64,000 bases of DNA from the human T2T-CHM13v2.0 reference genome, Homo sapiens. Both the position numbers and the translations under genes were made by a program. Location of the stretch: NCBI RefSeq assembly GCF_009914755.1, contig NC_060925.1. One strand, given 5' to 3'. The notes beneath the pieces were generated by a model, which was not told the origin of the DNA, ran no database searches, and saw only the letters and a program-made list of their open reading frames with translations. Shown in pieces: positions 40,621 to 61,635 of the stretch. Each line of letters starts with the position of its first letter. Position 1 is the stretch's first letter.

Positions 40621-42109
40621 CCTGTCGGTTACCCATCCCTATCACCTGGCCCCCATCTCTATGCCAATAGATATGGTTAATAGAGATTTTGCAAGCAATA
40701 ATCTCTAGTGGTTTGGGACCTTTAGGGAAGGCATAGATGGTCCTCCTCTTGGAGCCACAATGTACATTAGCCTATTAAAGGCTCTGACTCTGAGAAGCTC
40801 TGTAGAACCCAGGACCCTGTCTGTAACCAGGGTTTCCCAAATATTTCTAATCAGGGAACTCTTCTTTTGAAGAACATCTATTATTAATCAAGGAATTCAG
40901 TAAGGGAACTGTTGTTCTGTATCAAATACTCTCTGAAGCATTAAAAAATGATAGACAAAAAGCCATGTTTTTGCTTCATTGTCAGCATTAGCATCTTTAT
41001 CTCTCTTTATTTCTTCTCTTTTCCAGAGGATTTTATCACTTTATCACTCCAGCCACCTAGCTGAAAATGTATGATATGGGTAATGCCCTCAGGGGACTGG
41101 TACCCTGGTTTCTGTCCTTACAATGGATAGGCTTCCAAATCTTACTGATTCGTGGGTTGCTAACACAGCTTGCAGGGTGGTTAGCTATTATGTTGAAAGG
41201 CAATTTCTTTGAATGAATGTAGATCACCATTTTAATCAGTGACTTGAATGACAATGTGAATTGATGGCAAATATGTATAAGATTCAGGATGCATGAAGAA
41301 GATTTTATAGGCTGGGATGAAATGGTGGGAAAATCTAGAAGAAATAATTTTAACAATTGTATAAAAAAGTATCCTGAGCTGCGAACCTCTATATAACTAG
41401 AATAATCAGTGAAGTACAGTTCCAGAAGTCCTTCAAGTGTGGACTTGTGTCAGCGGTTATGCGCTTTTATGTTGAAGCCATAGATTTCTCAATCAATGCT
41501 GATCTTGTGGTGGTGAAGACTGGTTCAGTGTCTCCATCAGCATTTTAATACTTTTATTGGTGTGACCTACTTTTACAATTTCCTATAGTTTTCCAGGAAT
41601 TCATCTCTATTTTAGGATTGCCCAAACAACTTTGGGCAAAATCCTCCAAGGCTGGATCAGACATGTTAAATGCCATTCCCAGTAGTGGTAAGCATATCAG
41701 TGAAATTATGTGGAACACATACTTTTTGAGTTTTGACTGCTTCAGGGTGAATTTTTTTCTTCTCTGGCATACTTTTTAAGGGGTTAGGAGGTAGTCTTTG
41801 CTCTCTCCCTTTCTTCAAAATTTTTGATCTACATACCCTGGAATCAAACTCTTTTCCCCACTTTTTACTGTTTCTTTGTTGGAACCCATTAGTACTCATG
41901 CAAAGTGTACTCCTGTCAGTTAAAATAACTATCACTGAATTATGCATCATTCATTTGTAGTGTGGGTATATTTCAACTAATATTTGTATTCTTCTTATGC
42001 AATTTTTATTTTAAAAAAAAACCTTTTAAGGTAAGTATATATGATTGGGTTGACTTAAATAACACAATGGTTTTATGCTTCTTGAGTAGAACAGGTCACA
42101 AACTAGCCT

Positions 42110-42350
42110 GCAACTATGTCAGCTTCAAAGGTTTTGGAGTCTGGCTCACTTGAGTTTGCCTCCTGGCGCTTCCATTTACTGTTGTATGACCTTGGGTAAA
42201 TTACTTAGCCTTTCTGAGTCTGTTTCCTCATCATCAAAGTAAGGATGATAATGCCTATTTTAAAGGGCTGTTGAAGTATTAAGTAAGCTAATTATGTCAA
42301 TTATACAGCACATTGTGTAACATTTTAGTTACATTAAAACTCAGCTATTA
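42110..42350. mobile_element. MIR SINE
   Basis: tgaccttgggtaaattacttagcctttctgagtctgtttcctcatc. Confidence 0.75.
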
Positions 42351-43524
42351 TATAATTATCGCAGTTTAGTTGTTATTCTAATATTGGCTATATTAATTGT
42401 GTGAACTTTTGTACTTGTATGTATTTCCAGTAAGAGAGGATCTGGGAATGTAAATGTCTTTTTCTTTTTCCAGGATTTTTCCTCTTAGGATTTATTTCCC
42501 TGGAGACCTCATGAAGAATGATGTGGGTTCTATAGGGTACAGTGTGATCTGGGTCCTGCCTAATCTCCTTTCTAAACTTCAGAAAATCATGGTAGGTTTT
42601 CATGTCTTATAGATAAAGCAGAACTTCAGAGAAATTGTGACTTAAGAGTAGAGTTCCTTCAAATATTGTCTTTTGCCTTTTGATTTCCTCTGTATTTTTA
42701 CACCTGATGAATGAGAACCTTATTGGAAAAATGTAGCAAAAGTGCCAGGAACATGGTAAGAAGAAAGTAGTTAGGAGAATGGGATAGGGATGGGGGCAAA
42801 TAGTGCTACTAAATGGTTAAAAAAATGCATTTATCCCTTTCTCTTTTTGTACCCAGCTGACTTCAGGTGTACTATGTTCTGTGCTCTCTCTCCCTCAAAT
42901 GAAATATAGTCTTCTATCTAATGTCACATTGTAAATATTAATATTTAATGTGACTTTGTTTGGGAGGCTTAGTTAGGGACTTAGCCAGGATTTTGGCTAG
43001 CTTGAGCCTAGGGCTTGGAGCCTCCTCTGTAGCTTGAACACTAATGTTCCTTTTTTTTCTGGCTACACTCTCTGGCAATACTCTCTGGTTCCTTTCTTTC
43101 TGGCTACACTCTCTTCCTTTTCTATCAAGACTTTCAGATGTCAAGGTTCCCAAGCTCAATTCCTAGATGCCTTTTCTTCTCTTAAGCTTTCTCACCACGC
43201 TGGACTGTTCTCTTTCACTCCTAAAATTATTTCATGATCTTGCTGGGTTAGTCTTTACTTTGTGCTCTAAACTTTCTGGCATCTTGAGGTCTTCAGCATT
43301 CAGGCACTGAAGCCTAATTTTGACATGTGGAACTGAAAACAGAATTAGAAAGTAATTATCAAAGAGTCCTCAAATGGTTAGAGGATGTATAGGAGAGTGA
43401 AGCATGGGGAAAAATACAAGTCAGCCTTTGGAGGGGATGGACAGTAGGACAGGGAGAGTAGGGAAGAAGCATAAGGTATTCTACTTCTGACTGGCTGTCT
43501 GCATCCTAATCTGTTTTTTTCTGA

Positions 43525-44050
43525 GTTTTTCATTGAAGTAATATATATATAATACTTGACATATGTATGTATATATGTATATATACAGAAAAGTGTACAA
43601 ATCAGAAGTGTACAGATTGGTTAATTGTCTCAAACTGAACCATCCATGTAACCAACTCCCAGATTAAAAAAACGTAATGTTACTAGCACCCCCAGAAGCC
43701 CCCACCTCTTTTTCCATCCAGGCACTCCCCACTCTCTCAAAGAGTAATAATTATCTTGACTTCTAACATCATAAATTAGTTTTACCTATTTTTGGATTTT
43801 ATATAAAAGGAATCATACAGTGCTTTTATATCTGGCTTCTTTCACCTAACACCCATGTTTATGCATGTAGCCACTTTTCATTCATTCTCATTGTTCTATT
43901 GTATTACATTATATGAGTGTGGTACAAATGATATGTTCTTTCTCCTAGTGATGGCTATTTGAGTAATTTCCAGTTTTTGACTAGTAAAAATAGTGCTGCT
44001 ATGTACATTGTTTTATGCGTCTTTTGGTTAACATGTGTATGCATGTCTGT
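43525..44050 (-). mobile_element. Old L1 (L1MB/ME-type) 3' fragment
   Basis: aactgaaccatccatgtaacc...cttgacttctaacatcata...ggaatcatacagt...tagtgctgctatg. Confidence 0.65.
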
Positions 44051-45749
44051 TCCCTTCTCTTTCTAGTGTGCTGACAGCTTTTAATCACAGTTCAGTAATG
44101 AATTTAGTTATAACAATGAATATTTATTTGGTTATCAGCAAGTGGCTTATTGAGTATATTTCCAAGTGAATACATGGAAAGTGTGAGGCTAAGGCAGAGA
44201 AGCAGTAAGTCATAATATTAACCATTGGTTATTTATCAGTGTTGTTAATATTAACCATTGACTGTTTATTAATGTTGTTAATATTCTTGCAAATCCAGTC
44301 ATTTGAACTCCTGACAACAGAGATCATGTCAAAAAGTTCAAGTTTCTGAGTCCTGGAGGCCAGAGAATGGAGATAGTCTATATTCCTAACCAGAAATCTC
44401 TTCATCATCCGTGTATCACCTAAGGATGCAATATTGTATAGTGGACAGGAATAGAAGCTTTGGCATTTTACTGCCTGGGAATAAAATCTGGTACTATTGG
44501 GAAAGATTACTTTATTATGCTTTAATTTTCTCATCTCTAAAATATACATAGTAACAGTATCTACCTCAACATTATTAGAAGATTAAATTAGTTAATCCAT
44601 GTAAAATCCTCAGTAGAATACTTGGCATATAGTAAATAATCAACATTATATAAAACTCTATAGTGGAATGTGCTACAAGGTGTACAGCAGCAGTTTTAGG
44701 TTCCAGAATTATAAATCTAGGCCTGTAGTTTTTAATTCTTTGGAGAATTGTGGCCAGCTTTTATAAAATTAGGACACCTGAAAAAGCAAGAAATTTTAGC
44801 TCAGAAATTAAAAAAAAAACCTTTAGCTGAATCTCAAATGAAATAAGTGTATGTGCTCCTTCCAGCTTGGGAAATGGTGGGCTTGGTCAGTATTAGTTTA
44901 ATCGTATTTTTTCTCTCATTTTCTTCTATATTCATCCAAGAAGCTTGGGTACTTATAAAATGCCTAATGCCAAAGAATAAAGTTTAATTTTGGAATGAGC
45001 TAAAATTCTTTTTGGAAATAGCTGCAGTTTACATAAATAAAATAAGTACTTGAATTCAGTGCAGTGCCCTGGGAGATGGCAAGCTCTTAAGCACTTTATG
45101 CTCTGTGGGATCCTGAGGTAAATCTAGGAGCTTTATTCTCAAGGATATTACTGACTCATCCCCAGTTGACTTTGTTCCAAATTGGGTATTGAGTCTCAGT
45201 ATCTTATAGTTTACTGTTTTTTTCTTTGTAGTACCTTGGAGTTGTGGAGGCATGTTTATAAGCAGATCTGAGTTTTGCCACACTGGAATTTATTTATTCA
45301 TTGAACAAATATTTAATACCTACTACAATTCTTAGCCGTAAGTATTTGAAATTTATGATATGAGTTTGACCCGATTCCTGGTTTGGTTGCCACTGGTGAA
45401 ATTCTGATTTGTTTGTACTCTGTTTTGTCTACTTTGTTAGATATGTAGATTGGGACATTTTGTAATGTGTCTTGGTTCTGCTATTTTTATCTTGAAGAGT
45501 ATCCTTGTACTTCATTCTTAACTTTTTCCCTCAAAGTCTCCCAGCCAGGTCATCTGCATAATATCTTCTTTTTTCTTTCCTTCAGTAAAAAACTGAGCTA
45601 TATTTTCACCAGAAGAGGTGAAGTGAGAAGAGGGGTTGAAACTTCTGCTTTAGCCTCCTGAACATTCTTGGCTGTTCTAGGATGGTCAGGAGACCCAGCA
45701 GTGCTATCTATAGACTTCCCAATCCATGGTGTTTCTTCCTTCTCTCCAA

Positions 45750-46070
45750 GGGAAGTTTTTTGGTTGCTGTATAACAATCCCAAAACTTAGTGGTTAGAAA
45801 TTCCAGTCGTTCTACTATATTTCAGGATTCTATGGGTTAAGAATCTGGGGACAGCTCAGCTGGGTAAAACTTCTGGGTAAAACTTGGCTGGAGTCTGTAG
45901 CATTCAGCCATGGGCTAGGCTGGACTTGACTCACATACTCAGAGCTCTGGCACGATGACTAGAAGGTTGGGCTTGACTGAGTATCTCTCTTTATCTGTAT
46001 ATTCAGGAATTCTCCACATGATCTCTGCAGCAGGGTAGTCAGAATTTTTACGTGGCAGCTTAGGGAACCG
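45750..46070 (-). mobile_element. MLT1 (MaLR) LTR fragment
   Basis: gttgctgtataacaatcccaaaacttagtgg...ctatgggttaagaatctggggacagctcagctggg. Confidence 0.6.
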
Positions 46071-46151
46071 AGAAGGCTTAAAAATAAAGACCAACCAAAT
46101 GAAAATAAGCAAATGGTATTTATTCAGAGTTTGCTATAGCAAAAGAGTCAG

Positions 46152-47231
46152 CTACTGTGACTTTAAAAGCCCATTCCTCCATTCTGTCAATCCAGCTGTT
46201 TCAGGATGAAGGCGAACATGGTAAGACCAGTGAATTCCATGAGCATGAGCCCACTGCCACACTTCTTTAGCCATAAAGTGAGTGCCTTGGTCAGAGGCAA
46301 TGCTATATGTGACACTATGAGGATGGATAAGGCATTCTGTGAGTCCACGGATGGTAGTCTTGGCGGAGGCATTGCGTGCAGGACAGGCAAACCCACATCC
46401 AGAGTGTCTGTTCTGGTGAGGAAAAACTGCTGCCCTTTCCATGATGACAGAGGTCCAATATAATCAACCTGCCACCAACTGGCTGGCTGATAACCCCAAG
46501 GAATGGTGCCATATCGAGGGCACAGTGTTGGCAAATTGCTGCTGGCAAATTGGGCACTCAGCAGTGGCCATAGCTAGGTCAGCCTTGATGAGTGGAAGTT
46601 CATGTTGCTGAGCTCATATGTAACCTCCATCCTTGCCACCATGGACACTTTGTTCATGGGCCCACTGGGCGATGACGGGGTGTCTGGGTAAAGAGTCTGA
46701 GTGGTGTCCATAGAACGAATCATCCTATCCACTTGATTATTAAAATTCTCCTCCGCTGAGGTCGTCCTTTGGTGAGCACTCATATTAGATACAAATATCT
46801 TCGCAGTTTTGACCACTCAGAGAGGTCCATCCACATACCTCTTCCCCAGATTTCTTTGTCACCAATTTTCCAATCATGCTTCTTCCAAGTCCCTGACCAT
46901 CCAGCCAAACCATTGGCTATAGTCCATGAATCAGTATATATTCATACATCTGGCCATTTATCTTTCCAGGCAAAGTATACAACCAGGTGCACTGTTTGAA
47001 ATTCTGCCCACTGGGAAGATTTTCCTCACCGCTGTCCTTCAGGATGCCCTAGAAAGGGCCTGCAGTGCTACAGCTGTGTCCACTTTCAGGTAGTGCCTGC
47101 ATATTGTGCAGAGCTGTCTATAAACCAGGCCCTAGTCTTCGCTTTCTCTGTTAACTCATCATAGGGAGCTCCCCATGAGGCCATCAGTGCAGGCTGGGGG
47201 AGAGAAGGCAGGGTGGCAGGATTGGGGATGA
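46152..47231 (-). mobile_element. HERV-L internal pol fragment (RNase H and integrase), degraded
   Basis: ORF fragments AWFIDSSAQYAG, WQVDYIGPL and SIASDQGTHF..WAHAHGIHWSYH. Confidence 0.85.
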
Positions 47232-47450
47232 GGAAACTTAAAATCATGGCAGAAGGGGAAGCAAACGCATCCTTCTTCACATGGCAGCAGCAAGGAAAAG
47301 AATGTTTGCTTCCCCTTCCACTGTGATTGTGAGTTTCCTGGGATCTCCCCAGCCATGCTGAACTGTGAGTCAATTAAACCGCTTTCCTTTATAAATTATC
47401 CAGTCATGGGTATGTCTTTATTAGCAGCATAAGAATGGACTAATAAAACA
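47232..47450. mobile_element. THE1-type MaLR LTR pieces in opposite orientations
   Basis: Antisense ggaaacttaaaatcatggcagaaggggaagc, then sense tgtttgcttcccctt...gagtcaattaaacc...gactaataaaa. Confidence 0.75.
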
Positions 47451-49130
47451 GTAAATACTGCTCTGCTGTTTGCCTGGGTCGTGCAATGGTCTCCTACCTA
47501 GTCTTCTTGCCTCTGGTCTCATCTCCTTCCTGTCTTGCTGCCAAAATATTTATCATGTGACTTCTTATTAAAACCCTTTATTTCCTACTCTCAGATGATA
47601 GAGACCTAGCATCTTAGCATGGCTTATAAGCCTCCTTTTGATCTGGTTCTCATGTTTCTGGAATCATTTTTTGCCATGACCCTCACACTCACCTCATATC
47701 TTGGCTATACCGAACTGCTGCTATCAGTTTCTTGAGCCCACCTTTGTTTTTCTTTGGGATTTTGCACAAGTTGTTTAATCCCCCGGAATACTTTCCTTCC
47801 CAAATCAAGCTGGCACATTTCCAGCCATTTCTAGAGTTTCCATGCCCATGTCTGTTAAACTCAGAAGTATTATTTGAGCCATCTCTTCCTTACCACTAAA
47901 CATGGTTAGCTGGTACCACTATAATTTATACTACCACTGCATCTTAATAATATCTTTTTAAAATTATTTGTCACACTTTCCTCCCTGGTCAGTAAACTTC
48001 TGAAGGACAGATCTGTCTTTCCCATCTTTGTAAATTCATCTAGTGTAGAGCCTGACAATTAAATGTTCAATACTTTCCTTCTAATGAGAGAATGAAGTAA
48101 TATTGCATCAAGAGCCAGATATCCACATTATTTAGATTCTTATTAGTCTAAGCCTTATTTTCAGCCTTCTATTTGAAGATATGTGGAAGTGTGTTTGGCA
48201 CATAGCTAGAGCCCAGTCTCAGTCTTGTCCAGTCTTTCCTCACGTGATAGTGGATCAAGTCTTTGAAGGGAAAGAGCAATAAAAACTGATGGCAGTGTGG
48301 CCCAACTAAGAGCTAGGGACTATGTTGCTCATTTTCATATGAAACTATTTAGATTATTTGTTAAATTGTAAACCACAATCTTATTGCCAATAGCTGAGTC
48401 ACTTTTGTAAGAGCATAGGTGACAATTGTAAAGTTTTTTGTTTTAATACAATTTTATTTACAAAAGCAGATAACAAGCTGGATGGGCCTTTGGGCCATAG
48501 TTTGTCAACTCCTGTTCTAATCCATAAGCATGGTATATCTCTCCATTTATTTAGGACTTCTTAATTTCTTTTAGCAATATTTTGTACTTTTTGGTGTTGT
48601 GGTCTTATACATTTTTTGGTTAAATTTATTCCTAGGAATTTTATGTTTTTTAAATTGACACATAATATTTACATATTTATAGGGTATGTGTGATATTTTG
48701 TTACATGCATAAAATGCATAAAATGTGTAATTTTCAAGTCAGGGTATTTGGGGTAGCTATTACCTTGAGTATTTATCATTTCTATGTTTTGGGGACATTT
48801 TGAGTTCTGTCTCCTAGCTACTTTAAAATATATAATTCATTATTGCTAACTATAGTCGCCCTACTCTGCTATCAAACATTAGAACTTATACATATATCTG
48901 TATATTTATACCCATTGACCAACCTCACTTCATTCCCCCTTTCATCCACGCTTTTTTCTCAGACTCTAGTATCTATCATTCTACTCTCTATCTTCATGAG
49001 GTCACTGTTTTTACCTCCTACATATGAGTAGAACTCATATTTGTCTTTCTGTGTCTGGCTTATTTAATGTAACATAATGAGGTTTATTTCTACCCATCTT
49101 GCTGCAAATGACATTATTTCATTCATTTTT

Positions 49131-49150
49131 TTTTTAAGATGCTCTCTTTT

Positions 49151-49193
<43 letters not shown>

Positions 49194-50792
49194 TCATTCT
49201 TGGGTGTTTCTCGCAGAGGGGGATTTGGCAGGGTCATAGGACAATAGTGGAGGGAAGGTCAGCAGATAAACAAGTGAACAAAGGTCTCTGGTTTTCCTAG
49301 GCAGAGGACCCTGGGGCCCTCCGCAGTGTTTGTGTCCCTGGGTACTTGAGATTAGGGAGTGGTGATGACTCTTAACAAGCATGCTGCCTTCAAGCATCTG
49401 TTTAACAAAGTACATCTTGCACCGCCATAAATCCATTTAACCCTGAGTGGACACAGCACATGTTTCAGAGAGCACAGGGTTGGGGGTAAGGTCACAGATC
49501 AACAGGATCCCAAGGCAGAAGAATTTTTCTTAGTACAGAACCAAATGAAAAGTCTCCCATGTCTACTTCTTTCTACACAGACACGGCAACCATCCGATTT
49601 CTCAATCTTTTCCCCACCTTTCCCCCCTTTCCACTCCACAAAACCGCCATTGCCATCATGGCCCGTTCTCAATGAGCTGTTGGGTACACCTCCCAGACAG
49701 GGTGGTGGCCGGGCAGAGGGGCTCCTCACTTCCCAGTAGGGGCGGCCGGGCAGAGGCGCCCCTCACCTCCCAGACGGGGCGGCTGGCCCGGGGGGATGCT
49801 GACCCCCCCACCTCCCTCCCGGACGGGGCAGCTGGCCTGGCGGGGGCTGACCCCCACCTCCCTCCCGGACGGGGTGGCTGCCGGGCAGAGACGCTCCTCA
49901 CTTCCCAGATGGGGTGGCTGCCGGGCGGAGGGGCTCCTCACTTCTCAGATGGGGCGGCTGCCGGGTGGAGGGGCTCCTCACTTCTCAGACGGGGCGGTTG
50001 CCAGGCAGAGGGTCTCCTCACTTCTCAGACGGGGCGGCTGGGCAGTGACGCTCCTCACCTCCCAGGTGGGGTCGCAGCCTGGCAGAGGCGCTCCTCACAT
50101 CCCAGGGCAGAGGCGCTCCTCACATCCCAGACGGGGCGGCCGGGCAGAGATGCTCCTCACTTCCTAGATGGGATGGCGGCCGAGAAGAGGTGCTCCTCAC
50201 TTCCTAGATGGGGTGGCGGCCGGACAGAGATGCTCCTCACTTTCCAGACTGGGCAGCCAGGCAGAGGGGCTCCTCACGTCCCAGACGATGGGCAGCCAGG
50301 GAGAGACACTCCTCACTTCCCAGACGGGGTGGTGGCCGAGCAGAGGCTACAATCTTGGCCTTTTGGGAGGCCAAGGCAGGCGGCTGGGAGGTGGAGGTTG
50401 TAGTGAGCCGAGATCACGCCACTGCACTCCAGCCTGGGCACCATTGAGCACTGAGTGAACCAGACTCCGTCTGCAATCCCGGCACCTCGGGAGGCCGAGG
50501 CTGGCAGATCACTCGCCGTTAGGAGCTGGAGACCAGCCCGGCCAACACAGCGAAACCCCGTCTCCACCAAAAAAATACGAAAACCAGTCAGGCGTGGCGG
50601 CATGTGCCTGCAATCGCAGGCACTCGGCAGGCTGAGGCAGGAGAATCAGGCAGGGAGGTTGCAGTGAGCCGAGATGGCAGCAGTACAGTCCAGCTTCCGC
50701 TCAGCATCAGAGGGAGACCGTGGAGAGAGAGGGAGAGGGAGACCGTGGGGAGAGGGAGAGGGAGACCGTGGGGAGAGGGAGAGGGAGAGCGC
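49131..50792 (-). mobile_element. SVA retrotransposon, essentially full length
   Basis: Poly-T tail, SINE-R (tcttgggtgtttctcgcagaggggg), GC-rich VNTR, Alu-like region and CCCTCT hexamers; TSD tatttcattcattttt at 49115-49130 and 50793-50808. Confidence 0.95.
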
Positions 50793-50837
50793 TATTTCAT
50801 TCATTTTTATGGCTGAATAGTATTTCCTTGTGTATTT

Positions 50838-51214
50838 ATAAGTCAGGTTTCTCCAGAGGAACAGAACCAATAGTATACAAACATGTATACATATGTATAT
50901 GTATGTGTAGATGTATATTAGTATACATAAATATGTAAATACCTATATGTATATGTATGTATATATGTATATGTAGGTGTATATTATGTGTATATATGTA
51001 TACATCTATACATATATGTATAATGTACACATATATACATATGTATATATGTATGTATGCTATTGGCTTATTACAAAGCTATAGTAATCAAAACAGTATG
51101 GCATTGGTATAAAAACAGACACATAGACCAGTGGAACAAAGTAGAGAATCTGAATATATATATATGCATGTATGTAATATATGTGTACATATATACATAT
51201 ATATTACTACATAT

Positions 51215-51279
<65 letters not shown>

Positions 51280-51790
51280 TGTTTATTAGAAAGAATTAGC
51301 TTATATAATTACAAAAGCAAAGTCCCATGATAGGCCATTGGCAAGCTGGGGTTGAGAAAAGCTGCCAGCGTGGCACAGTTGAACTCCCAAAAGCCTCAAA
51401 ACCAGGGAAGCTGACAGTGCAGCTCCCAGTCTGAGGCTACAGGCCTGAGAGCCCCCAGACAACTGCTAGCGCAAGTTCCAGTGTCCAAAGACTGAAGAAA
51501 CTGGAGTCTGATGTCCAAGGGCAGGAGGCAAAAAGGTGACTTGCTCTGCAAGAGAGAGAGAAAGATAAAGCCAAGCAAGCTGAATATCCTCCTCTTCTGC
51601 CTGCTTTGTTCTAGCCCCAACAGCAGCCAATTGGATGGTGTCTGCTCACATTAAAGGCAAGTCTTCCCTCCCAATCTACTGTCATTCTCCTGTGGAAACA
51701 CCATAACACACATACCCAGAAAAAATGCTTCACCTGCCATCTTGGCATCCTTCAATTCAGTCAAGCTGACACATAATATTAACTGTCACA
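50838..51790 (-). mobile_element. MLT2A/B LTR with internal (TA/TG)n expansion
   Basis: agtcaggtttctccagaggaacagaaccaatag...gaagaaactggagtctgatgtccaagggcagg...caagctgacacataatattaactgtcaca. Confidence 0.8.
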
Positions 51791-52589
51791 GTATGTATGT
51801 ATATATATACCACATTTTCTTTATCCATTTGTCCATTGATGGACACTTAGGTTGGTTTCATATCTTTGCTATTACGAATAGTGCTACTATAAACATGTGA
51901 GTGCAGGCATCTCTTTGATATACTGATTTCTTTTCCCTTGGATAAATACCCAGCAGTGGAATTCCTGGATCATATGGTAGTTCTACTTTTAGTTTTTTGA
52001 GAAATGTCCATACTGTTTTCCATAGTGGCTATACCAATTTACATTTCTACCAACAGTGTGTAAGAGTTGCTTGTTTTCATCCTTGCTAGCATCTGTTATT
52101 TTTTGTCCTTTTCATAATGGTCATTCTAACTGGGGTAAAGTGATATCTCATTGTTGTTTTGAGTTGCATTTCCCTGATGGTTAGTGATGTTGAGCATTTT
52201 CTCGTATCCTTGTTGGCCATTTGTATGTCTTCTTTTGAGAAATACCTATTCATGTCTTTTGCTTACTTATTAATGAGATTATTTTTTATGTTGTTTTGTT
52301 TGAGTTTTTTGTAATTTTAGATATTAGTTCATTATCAGATGAATAGTTTGCAAATATTCTCTTTCATTCAACAGGTTGTCTCTTCACTCTGTTGTTTCCC
52401 TTGTTGTGCAGAAGGTTTTCAGTTTAACATAGTCCAATTTGTCTATTTTTGTTTTTACTGCCTGTGTTTTTGAGGTCTTAGCCATAAAATCTTTGCCTAG
52501 ATCAATGTCCTGAAAGGTTTTTCCATGTGTTTTCTTCTAGCAGTTTCATAGTTTTGGGTCTTAAATTTAAGTCTCTCTCTCTATATATA

Positions 52590-56441
<3,852 letters not shown>

Positions 56442-56450
56442 AGAAGGATA

Positions 56451-61045
<4,595 letters not shown>

Positions 61046-61049
61046 TGCA

Positions 61050-61272
61050 GTCCAAACTTTGTTTCATGCACAAAATTTTTTAAAATATTATATAAAATTA
61101 CCTTCAAGGTATGCATATAATGTATATATGCAACATACATGAATTCCATGTTAGACTTGGGTCTTATCCCCAGGATATCTCATGTATATGCAAATGTTTT
61201 AAAATCCAAAATTATCCAAAATCTGAAACACTTTTGGTCCCAAGCATTTTGGATAAGGGATACTCAGTGTGT
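61050..61272. mobile_element. MER2-type (Tigger-derived) fragment
   Basis: aaaatctgaaacacttttggtcccaagcattttggataagggatactca terminal motif. Confidence 0.7.
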
Positions 61273-61464
61273 AAAAGGCAAGTGAAGCATATAGTGAGGA
61301 CTTAATGTTTCTTTAACAAATAAACCATGTCCTCCAAGTCTTATATTCCTCACAACAACAGATACTGGGCTAAGAATACAGGATGTGTTTAATTTGAGGG
61401 CCAAAAATGTTTTGCTTTATTGATACTATCTCTTTATTTTCTTTGAATAAAATGTAAAAATATT

Positions 61465-61635
61465 AAAATATATATATATTTATATAAAGTATATATATTT
61501 TATATAAAATATAAATATACTTCACATAAACTATATATATTTATACTTTGTGTAAACTATATATATTTATACTTTACATAAAGTATATATATGAATATTT
61601 ATACTTTACATAAAGTATATATATGAATATATATA
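61465..61635. repeat. AT-rich low-complexity tandem repeat
   Basis: Repeated tatatatatttatactt(t)acataaa units. Confidence 0.8.

Larger units (their letters stand above)
48640..52575 (-). mobile_element. L1MA-type 3' region interrupted by SVA and MLT2
   Basis: 3' end aattgacacataatatttacat at ~48655; the sequence resumes at 50793 and 51791. Confidence 0.75.

Noticed and set aside
41010-42036. Plus-strand acceptor-like (ttttccag, ~41026) and donor-like (aag|gtaagt, ~42030) sites that might belong to the antisense lncRNA known to span this locus
   Set aside because: Cannot be supported from sequence alone; part of the interval looks like degraded CR1/L3.
49194-50938. Cluster of GC-rich ORFs up to 243 aa
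   Set aside because: All derive from the SVA VNTR and Alu-like region.
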